Shown here: positions 1 through 9,569 of the stretch, piece after piece | How positions within the stretch are numbered: the first letter of the stretch is position 1 | Layout: the number at the start of each line of letters is the position of its first letter | Virus genome (UHGV): UHGV-0080127 | Strand: one strand, 5' to 3' | Source: a virus | Length of the DNA: 22,115 bases | Notes under the pieces: model-generated | Told to the model about the DNA's origin: nothing | Database searches by the model: none | The model's input: only the letters and a program-made list of their open reading frames with translations | Made by a program: the position numbers and the translations under genes

Positions 1-1173
1 TCACCCAATCGCTAAATAGTTAAAAGCATCCGTGTTAGCTGCGGTTGACTTCGCAATAAACCCAGTGGTAGTGGGCGACGAAATACCTACTGCTGTTGGC
101 TGTTGTGCTGAAGTATAAGAGGGGTCAATCTGACCGGTCGTAATGATGACAATCCCTGACGGGAATGGAATCGGGAACGTATTAGATATTCCCGTTGATG
201 CTGAGTTACCCGCATTCGCAGATCCCCACTGCAAAATGTATCCTCCCGGTAGTTTTTGATACCCAGATCCTGACGCGAAGGCGGACATGTCCGGTATCTG
301 ATTTGCCCCCGTCCCGACATTCCTTTTCGATGCCGTTCCCAAACCAAGGTATGCGAGAAGACCTGCTACATCCTTTCCACTCAAATGAGTCAGCGTATTG
401 TCCAGCGGTTGTTTACCTGCCAGCGCATTAAGCATTGTCGTGGCAAAGTTCGGATCATTCCCCAGTGCCGCCGCCAGTTCGTTCAGTGTGTCCAGCGTGG
501 CTGGCGCTCCGTTAATCAGAGCAGTAATAGCGGCCTGAACAAACTCTGTGGTCGCAATCCGAGTGGTGTTATTTCCTGCTGCAGGCGTCGGCGCTTTTGG
601 TTCTCCGGTAAATGTCGGATTATGTTTCTGCGCATACTGGGTATGAGGATCCTGTGCGGCAATGTGGTTTCTCATCTGGTCATCCACATACAGCTTTAAT
701 TCCAGGACTTTATCATCCACGTATTTACGGGTTGCCAGCACTACAGCAGGGTCGATTTTCAGGGTGATATTGTCCGTGCTGCTGGTAATCAGCACCATGC
801 GCACGGTCTGGGTACGCCCGCTGCCTTCAGCCAGTTGCGGCTTATAGCTTTCCGGGCAGTTTCCCACGGCAATCAATGCCCCGGACTCATCAAACAGGCC
901 CACTTCACGTATCCACCAACCGCCCTCGTTTTCAGGTATCACCTGTTCAGCAATAATCTGGCTGCTGTTCTGCGGGTCGATATAAAGCATATTCAGCGCA
1001 GCCCGGCGTTTCTCATTTACCAGTGCCGTCTGCTTTGCGTCCGGCGTTGGCAATACTCCGCCGCCATCGCCCACCGCCATATGGGTAATTTTTAGCGGCA
1101 CACCGAGCGCGGCGGCGCTGGCAAGTTTCGCCGCGCCAATATCCGTCAGCAGGGTATAAAATTTTGTGCTCAT
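1..1173 (-). CDS. H: Tail fiber protein, N-terminal 390 aa; C-terminus lies beyond the window start
   Basis: ATG at 1173..1171 overlapping the upstream gene stop (ATGA). N-terminus [18 protein letters not shown]...MAVGDGGG resembles the conserved P2 gpH N-terminal domain. ORF runs off the window edge. Confidence 0.85.
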   Translation of the reverse strand: MSTKFYTLLTDIGAAKLASAAALGVPLKITHMAVGDGGGVLPTPDAKQTALVNEKRRAALNMLYIDPQNSSQIIAEQVIPENEGGWWIREVGLFDESGALIAVGNCPESYKPQLAEGSGRTQTVRMVLITSSTDNITLKIDPAVVLATRKYVDDKVLELKLYVDDQMRNHIAAQDPHTQYAQKHNPTFTGEPKAPTPAAGNNTTRIATTEFVQAAITALINGAPATLDTLNELAAALGNDPNFATTMLNALAGKQPLDNTLTHLSGKDVAGLLAYLGLGTASKRNVGTGANQIPDMSAFASGSGYQKLPGGYILQWGSANAGNSASTGISNTFPIPFPSGIVIITTGQIDPSYTSAQQPTAVGISSPTTTGFIAKSTAANTDAFNYLAIG

Positions 1174-1775
1174 GGATTCACTCTCATTGTGTCAATAACA
1201 TGGACCGCCCCGCCTTCATGCGCGGTGCCACCGGAAATAATCGTTTCGTTGATATACGGATAGATCGTGATTTCTTCGCCAAGATAGCTGGCGGCTCCCA
1301 CCCAATGCGGGCCGCTGGTCTGCAGATTGATGGACATGCCGATCATGTGGCGGCTACATGGTTTGGCATCGCTTATCAGTCGCTCAAGTTCCAGATAGGT
1401 ATCTTCAGTGATGCCCTGGTCCTGCACGCCGATATCCAGGCGAAACGTGCCCGGTGTTTCTCCGGTCTGCCACCACTCAATAATGCGGATCAGGAATCCG
1501 AACGGCTCCACCACCCGCCGCACGGCACTGGTGGTCCCTTTATGCTGATGAATATAAAAAGCATCCTTCACCACCTGGCGCTTGACGCTTTCTGTCCAGC
1601 CCTCGTCCCAGCGATCCACAGAGAACGCCCAGGCGAGATAAGGCAGGAAACTGACCGGACAGGTTGCCGGATTCCACAAGTCACGAAGCGGCACCTGCAG
1701 ATCAGAAATCCCGCTGCAGGTTTGCGCCAGTCGGCGCTCCAGTGGTGTTGAACCCGGTGGCAGCAGACTATTCAT
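1170..1775 (-). CDS. I: Baseplate assembly protein gpI
   Basis: 201-aa ORF, ATG at 1775 with GGAGGA RBS upstream; position between J and H; sequence resembles P2 gpI. Confidence 0.85.
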   Translation of the reverse strand: MNSLLPPGSTPLERRLAQTCSGISDLQVPLRDLWNPATCPVSFLPYLAWAFSVDRWDEGWTESVKRQVVKDAFYIHQHKGTTSAVRRVVEPFGFLIRIIEWWQTGETPGTFRLDIGVQDQGITEDTYLELERLISDAKPCSRHMIGMSINLQTSGPHWVGAASYLGEEITIYPYINETIISGGTAHEGGAVHVIDTMRVNP

Positions 1776-2676
1776 CCGTTCCTCCGTTGGTTACGCTCCA
1801 CTGCGTACATGATGCCGCCTGTGTTTTGTTCAGGACCACATCCGCCAGAGGAGAAGCCAGCTCCACACGCTGCACCCCCTCAACATGCAGGGCGGCAAAG
1901 ATGGCGCTACGGCGAATATCCCGACCAAGACGCGTCTGACTGGCGATGTACTTCTGCAGGCTGGCTTTTGCCGCTGCCATTACCGGCTCTGCTTCCGGTC
2001 CAGGATAGAGAAAAATGGTGGCTTCCACGCGATACGGGATGATTTCTGCGCTGCGAACCGTAAGACGGTCAGCCACCGGGCGGACGTTCTCACTGTTCAG
2101 AGCTTTTCCCACCACGTCCAGCAGGTCTTTTTCTGCAGTTCCATCGCCTTCGCGGCTAAGGACAGTCAGCACCACCTCTGCAGGTGCCGGGCTGGTTGCA
2201 CTGGCATCCGCCACCCGACCGTCGGCGCTTCGGGCATGAAATTCATAAGCTGCAGTTGGCCCCGCAACAGAAAGCCCTTCAAAGGCAGCAGGCACACGCA
2301 GGCGCAACGCTTCATCGCTTTCCATCACAGCTGCAACGGGCGGCACAGCATCATTATCAGCAGGCGTCACCGTCAGGCGTGTCACGTTGTAGTTGGCAGC
2401 GAGCTGGTCAAGATCGCCGCCCATCGCGTAAGCCACCATCACCGCCTGCGCGGCTTCGTTAATGCGCTGGCGCAGAAGCAACTCACGGTAAGCGTTCTCC
2501 TGCAACAATTTAGTGGCGGGTTCAGATTCCAGTTCCAGCGTGCGGATCACTGCTTCCTGCTCATCTTTCGGATGAAGCGCCACAAATTCTGCCTTGCGTT
2601 CGGCAAGCAGCGTCTCAAAGTCCGGCACATCCACAATCTGCGGTGCAGGCAACTGCGAAAGGTCAATCACTGCCAT
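1768..2676 (-). CDS. J: Baseplate assembly protein gpJ
   Basis: ORF track begins at 2715; I place the start at the in-frame ATG at 2676 (MAVIDLSQLP...) preceded by AGGAG, giving about 302 aa as in P2 gpJ. Confidence 0.8.
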   Translation of the reverse strand: MAVIDLSQLPAPQIVDVPDFETLLAERKAEFVALHPKDEQEAVIRTLELESEPATKLLQENAYRELLLRQRINEAAQAVMVAYAMGGDLDQLAANYNVTRLTVTPADNDAVPPVAAVMESDEALRLRVPAAFEGLSVAGPTAAYEFHARSADGRVADASATSPAPAEVVLTVLSREGDGTAEKDLLDVVGKALNSENVRPVADRLTVRSAEIIPYRVEATIFLYPGPEAEPVMAAAKASLQKYIASQTRLGRDIRRSAIFAALHVEGVQRVELASPLADVVLNKTQAASCTQWSVTNGGTDE

Positions 2677-3022
2677 TCTCTGCTCCTGTTGATACGGAAA
2701 GGGACACAGGCACACCGTTATTCCGCCGCCCGGTCAGCTCCACCACCATTGAACCGTCAAAATTGCTGTTGATGGTGATGGAATCCAGCGTCAACCGTGG
2801 CTCCCAGCGACTCAGCGCCACATACACTGCCGACATGACCTGCAGGCGTAATGCCGGATTTTGTGGCTGATCTATCAGTGCCGACAGCAGGGAACCATAT
2901 TCCCGGCGGGCAATACGGCTACCCTGCGGTGTCAGCAGAATGTCCCGCACCGACTGGCGCAGATGATCAATATCAGTAATGACTTTGCCGCTGGTATTGT
3001 TCATCCCGCTATAAAGCGTCAT
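2663..3022 (-). CDS. W: Baseplate protein gpW (GPW/gp25 family)
   Basis: 119-aa ORF, ATG at 3022; size and position between V and J match P2 gpW. Confidence 0.8.
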   Translation of the reverse strand: MTLYSGMNNTSGKVITDIDHLRQSVRDILLTPQGSRIARREYGSLLSALIDQPQNPALRLQVMSAVYVALSRWEPRLTLDSITINSNFDGSMVVELTGRRNNGVPVSLSVSTGAENGSD

Positions 3023-3597
3023 ACCGGGCCTCCGGTTGTATCACCGCCTTTCAGGACGCCAGTATGCTGATGCGCATCAACCACGATCCCATTAGAACTC
3101 ATCGCTCCGCCGCCCTGGGTAACGCCACCATTGATCACCACTTCGCTGTTAATGCGCGTGCGGTCAGCCTCCAGTACAAACTCACTGGTTTTCATGGTGA
3201 TGTTGTCAGCGGCCTCAATGACCATTGATTTGATGCCCCTGACATACCAGCGCCCGGTGGCGGGTTCGTATTCAAACCAGCCACCGTCAGGATGTTCTGT
3301 CACGCAGGCGTCCGCCGACGTCGACGGTGGCGCGAACTGATTCGAATAGATGGCGGGTAACGCAAAGGCGGTTTCCAGATTGCCGCCCAGACTCAGCAGC
3401 ACCACCTGCTCACCTTCCGATGGTCGCCACCATGTGCGGGCATTCCCGGCACGCAGCGTCAGCCAGCTGATCCAGTTGGTTTCAAGCTCGCCCGTTTTCA
3501 CCCGGCAAAGCCAGTTTTCCCTGTCCACTTCGGTGACTACCCCAGTGCGGATCAGGTTGGTGATAAGGCGCATGATTTCGGTTAATTGTGCGTTCAT
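3019..3597 (-). CDS. V: Baseplate spike/assembly protein gpV
   Basis: 192-aa ORF, ATG at 3597; position and sequence are P2 gpV-like. Confidence 0.8.
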   Translation of the reverse strand: MNAQLTEIMRLITNLIRTGVVTEVDRENWLCRVKTGELETNWISWLTLRAGNARTWWRPSEGEQVVLLSLGGNLETAFALPAIYSNQFAPPSTSADACVTEHPDGGWFEYEPATGRWYVRGIKSMVIEAADNITMKTSEFVLEADRTRINSEVVINGGVTQGGGAMSSNGIVVDAHQHTGVLKGGDTTGGPV

Positions 3598-3643
3598 AGG
3601 GAAAGGTTGCCATCAGGGGAAGAAAGGCGGCAGTGCTGCAACT

Positions 3644-3661
3644 TGTATCAGTGCTGATACA
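3644..3661. promoter_or_regulatory. TGT-N12-ACA palindrome (TGTATCAGTGCTGATACA), candidate Ogr/Delta-type late-activator site upstream of V
   Basis: Perfect 18-bp palindrome with the TGT-N12-ACA architecture known for P2/186 late promoters, in the S-V intergenic gap. Confidence 0.45.
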
Positions 3662-3665
3662 AAGA

Positions 3666-4112
3666 TCACTCCGCCAGCCATTGCAGAATCATGTCGCGGG
3701 TCATTGCCTCAACATCATCATTTACACCCAGCAGGCGGCGCTCTGCGTAACGGACCTCCGGTCCTTTGCGACTGACGCGATCACGCAGGCCGTAATGGTG
3801 AACACGGGCAATACGCTGCACCTTGCCTTCAAACTGTACGCTGGCAGAGTCGGCGTTGGCGGCAGTTTTCAGGTATTTTGTGGTGCGCAGCTTTGCAAAC
3901 ATCTGACGTTTGATGCGGCCTTTTTTACTGCGTGCTGTTACCCGTCGCGGTTCATAGCTGCTGCCGTCAGGGTTGCGCTGCATCCTGATGTTCTGCTGCT
4001 GTGTCCGGCGCAGTTCCTGCGCCAGCTGGCGCATCATGCGACTTCTGGCGGCTGGCTCCAGATTCGCCAGCAAGGCACTCAGCCAGTCGTCCACTTTCTG
4101 CAGTTCAGCCAC
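3666..4112 (-). CDS. S: Tail completion / virion morphogenesis protein gpS
   Basis: 148-aa ORF; the start codon at 4112..4110 reads GTG and overlaps the end of R; sequence is P2 gpS-like. Confidence 0.75.
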   Translation of the reverse strand: MAELQKVDDWLSALLANLEPAARSRMMRQLAQELRRTQQQNIRMQRNPDGSSYEPRRVTARSKKGRIKRQMFAKLRTTKYLKTAANADSASVQFEGKVQRIARVHHYGLRDRVSRKGPEVRYAERRLLGVNDDVEAMTRDMILQWLAE

Positions 4113-4536
4113 GTTTCACCGTCCACATTTCTTCAGGTTCATCAGGTTCCGCTACAGCTTCAACGCTCGACACACTGCCGTCAGTGCTGACCAGCACACG
4201 CTCCGTCAGTTGCAGGTTCAGGCTGATATCACAGACATCGTTGCGCAGAATATCCACCTCAAAGGTGAATAGTTTTTCCCGTAACGCCGGGTTATTGATG
4301 GCATCGGGCTGGTTATCCCTCAGCCACAGCAAAACCGGGGCCATCAGCAGATTCTGGTCGCCGCTGAAATCCTCAATCACCGCGTTCAGGGTGTAACGGT
4401 ACTCCCACGACATGGAGCTGCCCCCCGTGGCAACCAGCGAACCGTTATCCACAAACAGATGCAGTTTGTCCGGGTTATTGCGGACATAAGGCACCGCTTT
4501 ATTGAGGGCGTGGCGCAGGGATTGTGGTTTGTTCAC
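4105..4536 (-). CDS. R: Tail completion protein gpR
   Basis: ORF-track start at 4557 is TTG; an in-frame GTG at 4536 is preceded by AGGAG (8-nt spacer), so I prefer 4536. Sequence is P2 gpR-like. Confidence 0.75.
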   Translation of the reverse strand: MNKPQSLRHALNKAVPYVRNNPDKLHLFVDNGSLVATGGSSMSWEYRYTLNAVIEDFSGDQNLLMAPVLLWLRDNQPDAINNPALREKLFTFEVDILRNDVCDISLNLQLTERVLVSTDGSVSSVEAVAEPDEPEEMWTVKRG

Positions 4537-4789
4537 TGTTTCGCTCCTGACACGCAATAATCATGTCCACTTTGTCTGCACAGACCGCCCAGGCAGCCTC
4601 CGTTTCATCCAGCAACGCGTTCAGATCACCATTAGTGCGCGGCGTTGCCTGATCCAGCCGACACGGCGTCACTCGCGGACAACCACTGACGGTAAGCTGC
4701 ACCTCCGGTGAGTGCCGGACGTTCCCGCAGCCGGATAATGTCAGCAGGCAAAGGAGTATCAGCCCAGCGGCGTAAATCCTCGTTCTCAC
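4499..4789 (-). CDS. lysC: LysC-like outer-membrane spanin lipoprotein (Rz1 analogue)
   Basis: N-terminal signal peptide with lipobox LTLSGC; begins inside lysB in another frame and extends past its end (overlapped spanin arrangement as in P2). Start codon reads GTG. Confidence 0.6.
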   Translation of the reverse strand: MRTRIYAAGLILLCLLTLSGCGNVRHSPEVQLTVSGCPRVTPCRLDQATPRTNGDLNALLDETEAAWAVCADKVDMIIACQERNSEQTTIPAPRPQ

Positions 4790-5060
4790 GTTTCAGTTCC
4801 TCCATCCGGCGTTGTCGTTGTCTCAGCAGTGCGCTGGTCTGTTCTGCTTCGGCATAGAGCCGCGCCTGCTCCCGGTTATTGGTTTCAGTCAGAATGGACA
4901 GGCTGATAAGCTGGCTGTTGCTCTTTGCCAGTACCTGGCTTTGGCGCTGCAGCTCGTCTGCCTGCGTGCTGATGGTCTGGCTGGCATCAGCCAGCCGCCA
5001 CGTCTGCCAGCCCAGCGCCGCCAGTAATAACGTCAGCATAACCAGCAGCAACCGGTTCAT
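4632..5060 (-). CDS. lysB: LysB-like inner-membrane spanin (Rz analogue)
   Basis: 142 aa, N-terminal transmembrane segment followed by a charged coiled-coil-like region (QADELQRQSQ..., RQRQRRMEELKRENEDLRR); ATG at 5060. Confidence 0.7.
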   Translation of the reverse strand: MNRLLLVMLTLLLAALGWQTWRLADASQTISTQADELQRQSQVLAKSNSQLISLSILTETNNREQARLYAEAEQTSALLRQRQRRMEELKRENEDLRRWADTPLPADIIRLRERPALTGGAAYRQWLSASDAVSAGSGNAAH

Positions 5061-5434
5061 GCTGCTACCTGTTGCGCCATCTGATTACGGGTGATCCAGA
5101 AGGCAATAACGGTCAGTAGATAAAAGACCAGAGTAATAGCCCACCCCGTCCAGGCGAGACTTACGACAATCAGCAATCGCATCACCCAGCTGATAAATAC
5201 GTTTTCTTTTCGGGTAATGGTCTTAAGCAAAGATGCCCTTAACTCCTGCCAGAGCGGGCCATTCTTAATTAACGCAGCCAGTGCTACCGGAATTACCGCC
5301 CATGTCAGTAAACAGGCTACCCAAACGCCGGACGCTGCCAGTACCGGAAAAATCCCCTGCGGATACACCATTGCTGCGATTAACAGCGCCATCCATAACA
5401 TCAGAAACAGCCCGCTGATTAATTTCTTTTTCAT
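5057..5434 (-). CDS. lysA: LysA-like lysis-timing membrane protein
   Basis: In-frame ATG at 5434 (MKKKLISGLF...) with GGGAG upstream, immediately after the endolysin stop; multiple hydrophobic segments. Confidence 0.6.
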   Translation of the reverse strand: MKKKLISGLFLMLWMALLIAAMVYPQGIFPVLAASGVWVACLLTWAVIPVALAALIKNGPLWQELRASLLKTITRKENVFISWVMRLLIVVSLAWTGWAITLVFYLLTVIAFWITRNQMAQQVAA

Positions 5435-5435
5435 T

Positions 5436-5948
5436 TCAGTTTGCTCCCTGTAAACACCAGGCCATCTCCCGCGCACGGCGGTTATCCAGCCCCTGATTAA
5501 ACACACCTTTCACATAAACCCAGCGCGGCAACTGTCGGCACGCATCCGCCCAGCGCCGCTGATTGAGTAATTTCACCAGCGTGGAACTGCAGGCATTGCC
5601 CGTCCCCACGTTGAAGGCAAACGACACCGCAGCGTCATACACCTTCTGCGGCGGCTGTTGCTTCACACACCTTTCCAGCGCCCGCTCCACACGTAGCACG
5701 TTGGAGATCAGCCCTTCCGCTGCCTGTCGTTCCGTAATGGTTTTGCCCGGGATGACGCCCGATGTATTACCAATGCCGTCGGTCCAGACACCCGCGCTGC
5801 ACTGATACGGCTGCAGACGACAGCCTTCGTAATCAGCAATCAGTTTCAGCCCCTCCACGGAGGTGTGAAGCTGCTGAAAACCCGGCAGCGTGGCAGTAAT
5901 AGCCAGCACGGTCCCGACAAGGCAGCGTTTAACGATTGATGGATTCAT
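5436..5948 (-). CDS. K: Endolysin, lysozyme family, with N-terminal signal-anchor (SAR-type candidate)
   Basis: 170 aa; weakly hydrophobic Gly/Ala-rich N-terminal segment (LVGTVLAITATLPGF) followed by a lysozyme-like core (EGLKLIADYEGCRLQPY...GVWTDGIGNT). Confidence 0.75.
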   Translation of the reverse strand: MNPSIVKRCLVGTVLAITATLPGFQQLHTSVEGLKLIADYEGCRLQPYQCSAGVWTDGIGNTSGVIPGKTITERQAAEGLISNVLRVERALERCVKQQPPQKVYDAAVSFAFNVGTGNACSSTLVKLLNQRRWADACRQLPRWVYVKGVFNQGLDNRRAREMAWCLQGAN

Positions 5949-6144
5949 AGTCCTCCCGCGAGATCTGCCCGTCGCGCAGAAGCTGGTAGGCTTTGTGTTT
6001 GTAGTACCAGTTGATAGCCAGCATCAGCACACCAATCATCAGGCCGCCCAGCGTTGAGGCATCCTTGATGGACAAATCACCCAGCCAGGCCAGCACGACG
6101 GCGATGCAATACGTGATAAAGGCGCTGATTCGCTCAAGCGTCAT
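5929..6144 (-). CDS. Holin (small membrane protein)
   Basis: 71-aa ORF with two hydrophobic helices and a charged C-terminus, directly upstream of the endolysin. Confidence 0.6.
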   Translation of the reverse strand: MTLERISAFITYCIAVVLAWLGDLSIKDASTLGGLMIGVLMLAINWYYKHKAYQLLRDGQISREDYESINR

Positions 6145-6147
6145 AAT

Positions 6148-6351
6148 TCAGTCCCATAGCTGGACGGTCTGCACGGTGGTGGTGGTCGGAATGTCCGGCA
6201 GCTCCACCTGCAGCCCGTGAGGTAAAAAAGGGCCAAATTCGGCAAGCCCCGGATTTGCCTTCAGTACCTGCTCCGTGACACCCTGCGTGCGCCCGTAATG
6301 ACGCCAGCAAAGCGCGTCCACCGTGTCATACTGATGCGCACGCACTTTCAT
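6148..6351 (-). CDS. X: Tail protein X
   Basis: 67-aa ORF, ATG at 6351 overlapping the L stop; size and position match P2 gpX. Confidence 0.75.
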   Translation of the reverse strand: MKVRAHQYDTVDALCWRHYGRTQGVTEQVLKANPGLAEFGPFLPHGLQVELPDIPTTTTVQTVQLWD

Positions 6352-6815
6352 CAGATAAGCTCCACTGTGCAGTGCGGCGCATCCTGCACCCGGCTGATGG
6401 CCCAGCGGGCGTCACGCCACAAATCACCGCTGGCTTCTGCCAGTTCTTCGCCTCGCTTCACACCGGATGCCGTGGCGTCATAGTCCTGGTATCGTTCGTT
6501 GAGCATGGCGCGAGCCCAGCAGTAAACCGCGTTGAAATAGTGCTGAATGCGCTCGCTTTTCCCGTCCAGCGATTCCGCCGGAACCTCTGCCAGCGAGGCA
6601 TATCCCAGCATCTGCTGGCGTCTGCGAAACTCAAACAGCTCTGCGTTGACCTCCGAAATTGCCGACAGCGCAACCTGCTTTAAACGCGGCTGCGTCACCG
6701 TGCCGTCAGTGCGCATCACACTGCGAAACTCCGACAGGTCCACATCAGGCCAGAACGGCGTATTTCTGATGATTTCCGCCTGTTCCGGTGCCTGTTCTGG
6801 CGCAACAAACTTCAT
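6351..6815 (-). CDS. L: Capsid completion protein gpL
   Basis: ORF-track start at 6878 is GTG; the in-frame ATG at 6815 (MKFVAPEQ...) has an AGGAGA RBS. Position between M and X. Confidence 0.75.
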   Translation of the reverse strand: MKFVAPEQAPEQAEIIRNTPFWPDVDLSEFRSVMRTDGTVTQPRLKQVALSAISEVNAELFEFRRRQQMLGYASLAEVPAESLDGKSERIQHYFNAVYCWARAMLNERYQDYDATASGVKRGEELAEASGDLWRDARWAISRVQDAPHCTVELI

Positions 6816-6910
6816 GCTGCTTTCTCCTGAAATAGAGGGCGGTGGACGGGATTTTGATGTGGCAGTGCCTTTCGCCACCCCGTGCCGCCCGTGCGCGGGG
6901 GCACGTTCTG

Positions 6911-7561
6911 TCAGCGGCTGTCATTGCGCAGTCTGCGCTCCAGCTGCTGTTTGTCTTTTTTCACGCCACAGCGGGGATCGAGCTGTAACGCATGGTTGAG
7001 ATGATTAAGGGCGGAAGCCGGATTGCTTTCACTCAGGACAGCGCCAATCGCTTTATGCAGACGCGCCCGTGACTGGTCCGGCATATCCAAACCGTCTGTC
7101 AGCTCCAGCGTCTGCAACAACAGATCGGCATCAAAGCCGGTGGCGGCAAGCATTGCGCTCTGCGCGGCGTCTGCCATTTCCTCTGCCAGCACGGTCTGCA
7201 CGTTGCGGTTACCCAGCGGCATCACCCAGCCATGACGCAGGGCATGACGCCCGATCTCCAGCGCCCCGGCATAATCTCCAGCATCAATACGCCACAGCAT
7301 CACGTACATCAGCACGTCATCCTGTTGAGCGCCTCCGGCAGCCAGGACACCCTCTGCCCAGGCGGCGTACTTCGGCAGCAGCTCCACCTTGATTTCCGCT
7401 TTTTTGACCGTGGACTGAACGCCCTTGAGACGGCGGCGGTCTTCCGCCAGTTGCAGCAGCATCAGGTCATAGCCCGACGCGTGGCGAACGCTGCCACCCT
7501 CGCGGGCGGCCTGTTCAGCCTGAACGCGCAGGCGATGCTGCCGTGCGGGACTCAGGCTCAT
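6911..7561 (-). CDS. M: Terminase small (endonuclease) subunit gpM
   Basis: 216-aa ORF, ATG at 7561; P2 gpM-like sequence and position. Confidence 0.85.
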   Translation of the reverse strand: MSLSPARQHRLRVQAEQAAREGGSVRHASGYDLMLLQLAEDRRRLKGVQSTVKKAEIKVELLPKYAAWAEGVLAAGGAQQDDVLMYVMLWRIDAGDYAGALEIGRHALRHGWVMPLGNRNVQTVLAEEMADAAQSAMLAATGFDADLLLQTLELTDGLDMPDQSRARLHKAIGAVLSESNPASALNHLNHALQLDPRCGVKKDKQQLERRLRNDSR

Positions 7562-7564
7562 GGA

Positions 7565-8623
7565 TTACGCTCCGGTTTCTGCTGCGGCGGCGCTGAAGTC
7601 GCCAATCTGGATGTTTTCCACCAGTGCGGCGCAGCGGTAGTCCTCAACCACATAGGCTTCGTTAACGGATTCAAAATTTTCAATCCGGTCACGTTTCGGG
7701 TTGTCGATAACTGAACGGCGGCGGGTATCTTCCTGCCAGTAGATGGACAGGTTATCCAGACGGGTGATTAGCAGCGCATTCGGCGGGAAGAACGGCGCAC
7801 GCACGGCCTGCAGGCCCCCCATGCGCTTCTGACTGATGATCATATCGGCAGCCAGTTTTTCACTGTTTTCCTGCTCTTTGTTGACCAGCGGGAAATACTT
7901 GTCAGACAGCAGTTCACGACCGCAAATCACCACCAGATCGTCATCGTCCTGGTAAACCACGTCGATAAGCTCATTGACGGCATCCATCACCACAGCGTCC
8001 AGGTTGGCATATTCGCCACCTTTCCCGACTTTCACCGCACCCGGAGTGGTTTCGCCGCCCGTGGTGGTGCTGCCCATGACGTGATCCGGTGCATCTTCAC
8101 GGATTTTCTGTAACCAGCCTTTGTTCACATCCTGCAGCAGCGGGTTTTCGCTACGGTTGGAGGTTTTCGCACGCTTCACGCCGTTAAAGCCGATCATGAT
8201 GCGGTCCAGTGCCTGACGTTTCACGATGGCGTCACGGATACGCACCTGGAAATCCTGAAACTTCGCCCACAGGTCCAGCTTCGCGTAGGTCAGTACCGTG
8301 TCAAAGTTGGTCTGCTCGCATTTGTATTCAACATCGACCATCAGCGTAGGATCGACAGGTTCACGCTCTTTCGCGGTGGTGTCAGTGGTTCCGGCAATGG
8401 TGCTACCAACACCCAGCCCCAGCAGCTGACCGGACTGCTCAGTCACTGGCGTGACGTTAATCAGCGTCAGGAAAGCGGCGGACTGCTGGATCTGGTCTTC
8501 CAGCGTCTGCTGTACAGACGGCTCCACGGTGAACTTGCTGGACAGTTCTTCAACTGCCACACCGTTCAGACGCGCCAGCTGCTGCAGGTAAGCGTTAAAA
8601 GCAAAGCGGGTATTCTTCTTCAT
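7565..8623 (-). CDS. N: Major capsid protein gpN
   Basis: 352-aa ORF; size and position match P2 gpN. Confidence 0.9.
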   Translation of the reverse strand: MKKNTRFAFNAYLQQLARLNGVAVEELSSKFTVEPSVQQTLEDQIQQSAAFLTLINVTPVTEQSGQLLGLGVGSTIAGTTDTTAKEREPVDPTLMVDVEYKCEQTNFDTVLTYAKLDLWAKFQDFQVRIRDAIVKRQALDRIMIGFNGVKRAKTSNRSENPLLQDVNKGWLQKIREDAPDHVMGSTTTGGETTPGAVKVGKGGEYANLDAVVMDAVNELIDVVYQDDDDLVVICGRELLSDKYFPLVNKEQENSEKLAADMIISQKRMGGLQAVRAPFFPPNALLITRLDNLSIYWQEDTRRRSVIDNPKRDRIENFESVNEAYVVEDYRCAALVENIQIGDFSAAAAETGA

Positions 8624-8639
8624 CAGGTTTTGTGCTCCA

Positions 8640-9473
8640 TCAGCAATTGGTCAGAGTGTCAGCGGGGGCGTTACCGCCTGTTGCACGCTGGCGGTAGTCC
8701 TGGCGGCTGTCTTCATGACTCAGCTTATTCACCAGTTCGTTAAAGGCGGTTTGCTGCTCCTGCAGAGCAGTCTCCAGTTCAGACAGGCGTTCTTCCTGCT
8801 CAGACAGGGATTTTTCTGTGCGTGCGCTCAGGTTCTGCTGCTCAGTGGCGACCAGCTCCACGGCCTTATGTACATCAGAGAACCGGGCGTCATCGGACTG
8901 CTCTTTTTTGGTAAACAGCGCCGTGACACGGGCAAACAGGGACGGTTTGTCATCCTGGATTTCTTCCAGTTCGATCACCGTTTCCTCTGCGGCGGTAAAG
9001 AGATTGGCGGGATTCTGCTTGCGGTTTGCCAGCGGGTTATGAGCTGCGCTGGCGCTGAATGTCAGCATTTCAGTGCCCAGACTGGCAGGATCATCAGTGG
9101 CAGCCAGGCCGACCAGGTAGGCTTTGCCCGTATCAGCGAACTTCGGGCTGACTTCCATAGAGGTGAATAATTTCTGGCCTTTTTTCACCAGTTCCACTAG
9201 GGACTCCGTTGGCTCAACGTCGGCATACAGCGCCATCTTGCCTGCCAGCGGGCCTTCCGTGATTTCTTCAGCAAACAGCGCCGTCACCTTGCCGTAGCGG
9301 TTAAAGGTGCTGTCCGGGAGATAAGACTTGATGTGCTCAAGGTTAATCAGCGCGGTATACACCGCCGGGTTGTAGCTGGCTGCCATCTGTTCCAGCCATT
9401 CACGCTGGATTTCGCGTCCGTCGGTGGTGGCACCTTCCACCCCGATGCGAAAACGCTTTGCTTTCACTGTCAT
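8640..9473 (-). CDS. O: Capsid scaffolding protein gpO
   Basis: 277-aa ORF, ATG at 9473; acidic coiled-coil-rich C-terminal half as in P2 gpO. Confidence 0.9.
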   Translation of the reverse strand: MTVKAKRFRIGVEGATTDGREIQREWLEQMAASYNPAVYTALINLEHIKSYLPDSTFNRYGKVTALFAEEITEGPLAGKMALYADVEPTESLVELVKKGQKLFTSMEVSPKFADTGKAYLVGLAATDDPASLGTEMLTFSASAAHNPLANRKQNPANLFTAAEETVIELEEIQDDKPSLFARVTALFTKKEQSDDARFSDVHKAVELVATEQQNLSARTEKSLSEQEERLSELETALQEQQTAFNELVNKLSHEDSRQDYRQRATGGNAPADTLTNC

Positions 9474-9551
9474 GAGCCGTGCTCCGTTAGAAAAAACTTA
9501 CTGGAGCCTTATGGTTGCGGTGATGGGGGCCGTGAAACAATGCGCGGTATT

Positions 9552-9569
9552 TGTACCGACAACCACACA
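9552..9569. promoter_or_regulatory. TGT-N12-ACA motif in the divergent O/P late promoter region
   Basis: TGTaccgacaaccacACA in the 142-bp gap between divergent O and P, matching the Ogr-type late-activator site architecture. Confidence 0.4.

Noticed and set aside
1885-2772. 295-aa plus-strand ORF and other long opposite-strand or alternative-frame ORFs (e.g. 1164-1751 +, 10111-11190 -, 15466-15972 +, 16018-16521 +, 3633-4190 +)
   Set aside because: They lie entirely inside well-supported phage genes on the other strand or frame, have Arg/Cys/His-rich low-complexity translations typical of shadow ORFs in GC-rich coding DNA, and lack plausible ribosome-binding sites.
6816-6878. N-terminal extension of gpL from the GTG at 6878
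   Set aside because: The in-frame ATG at 6815 has a strong AGGAGA RBS at ideal spacing; the extension has none.
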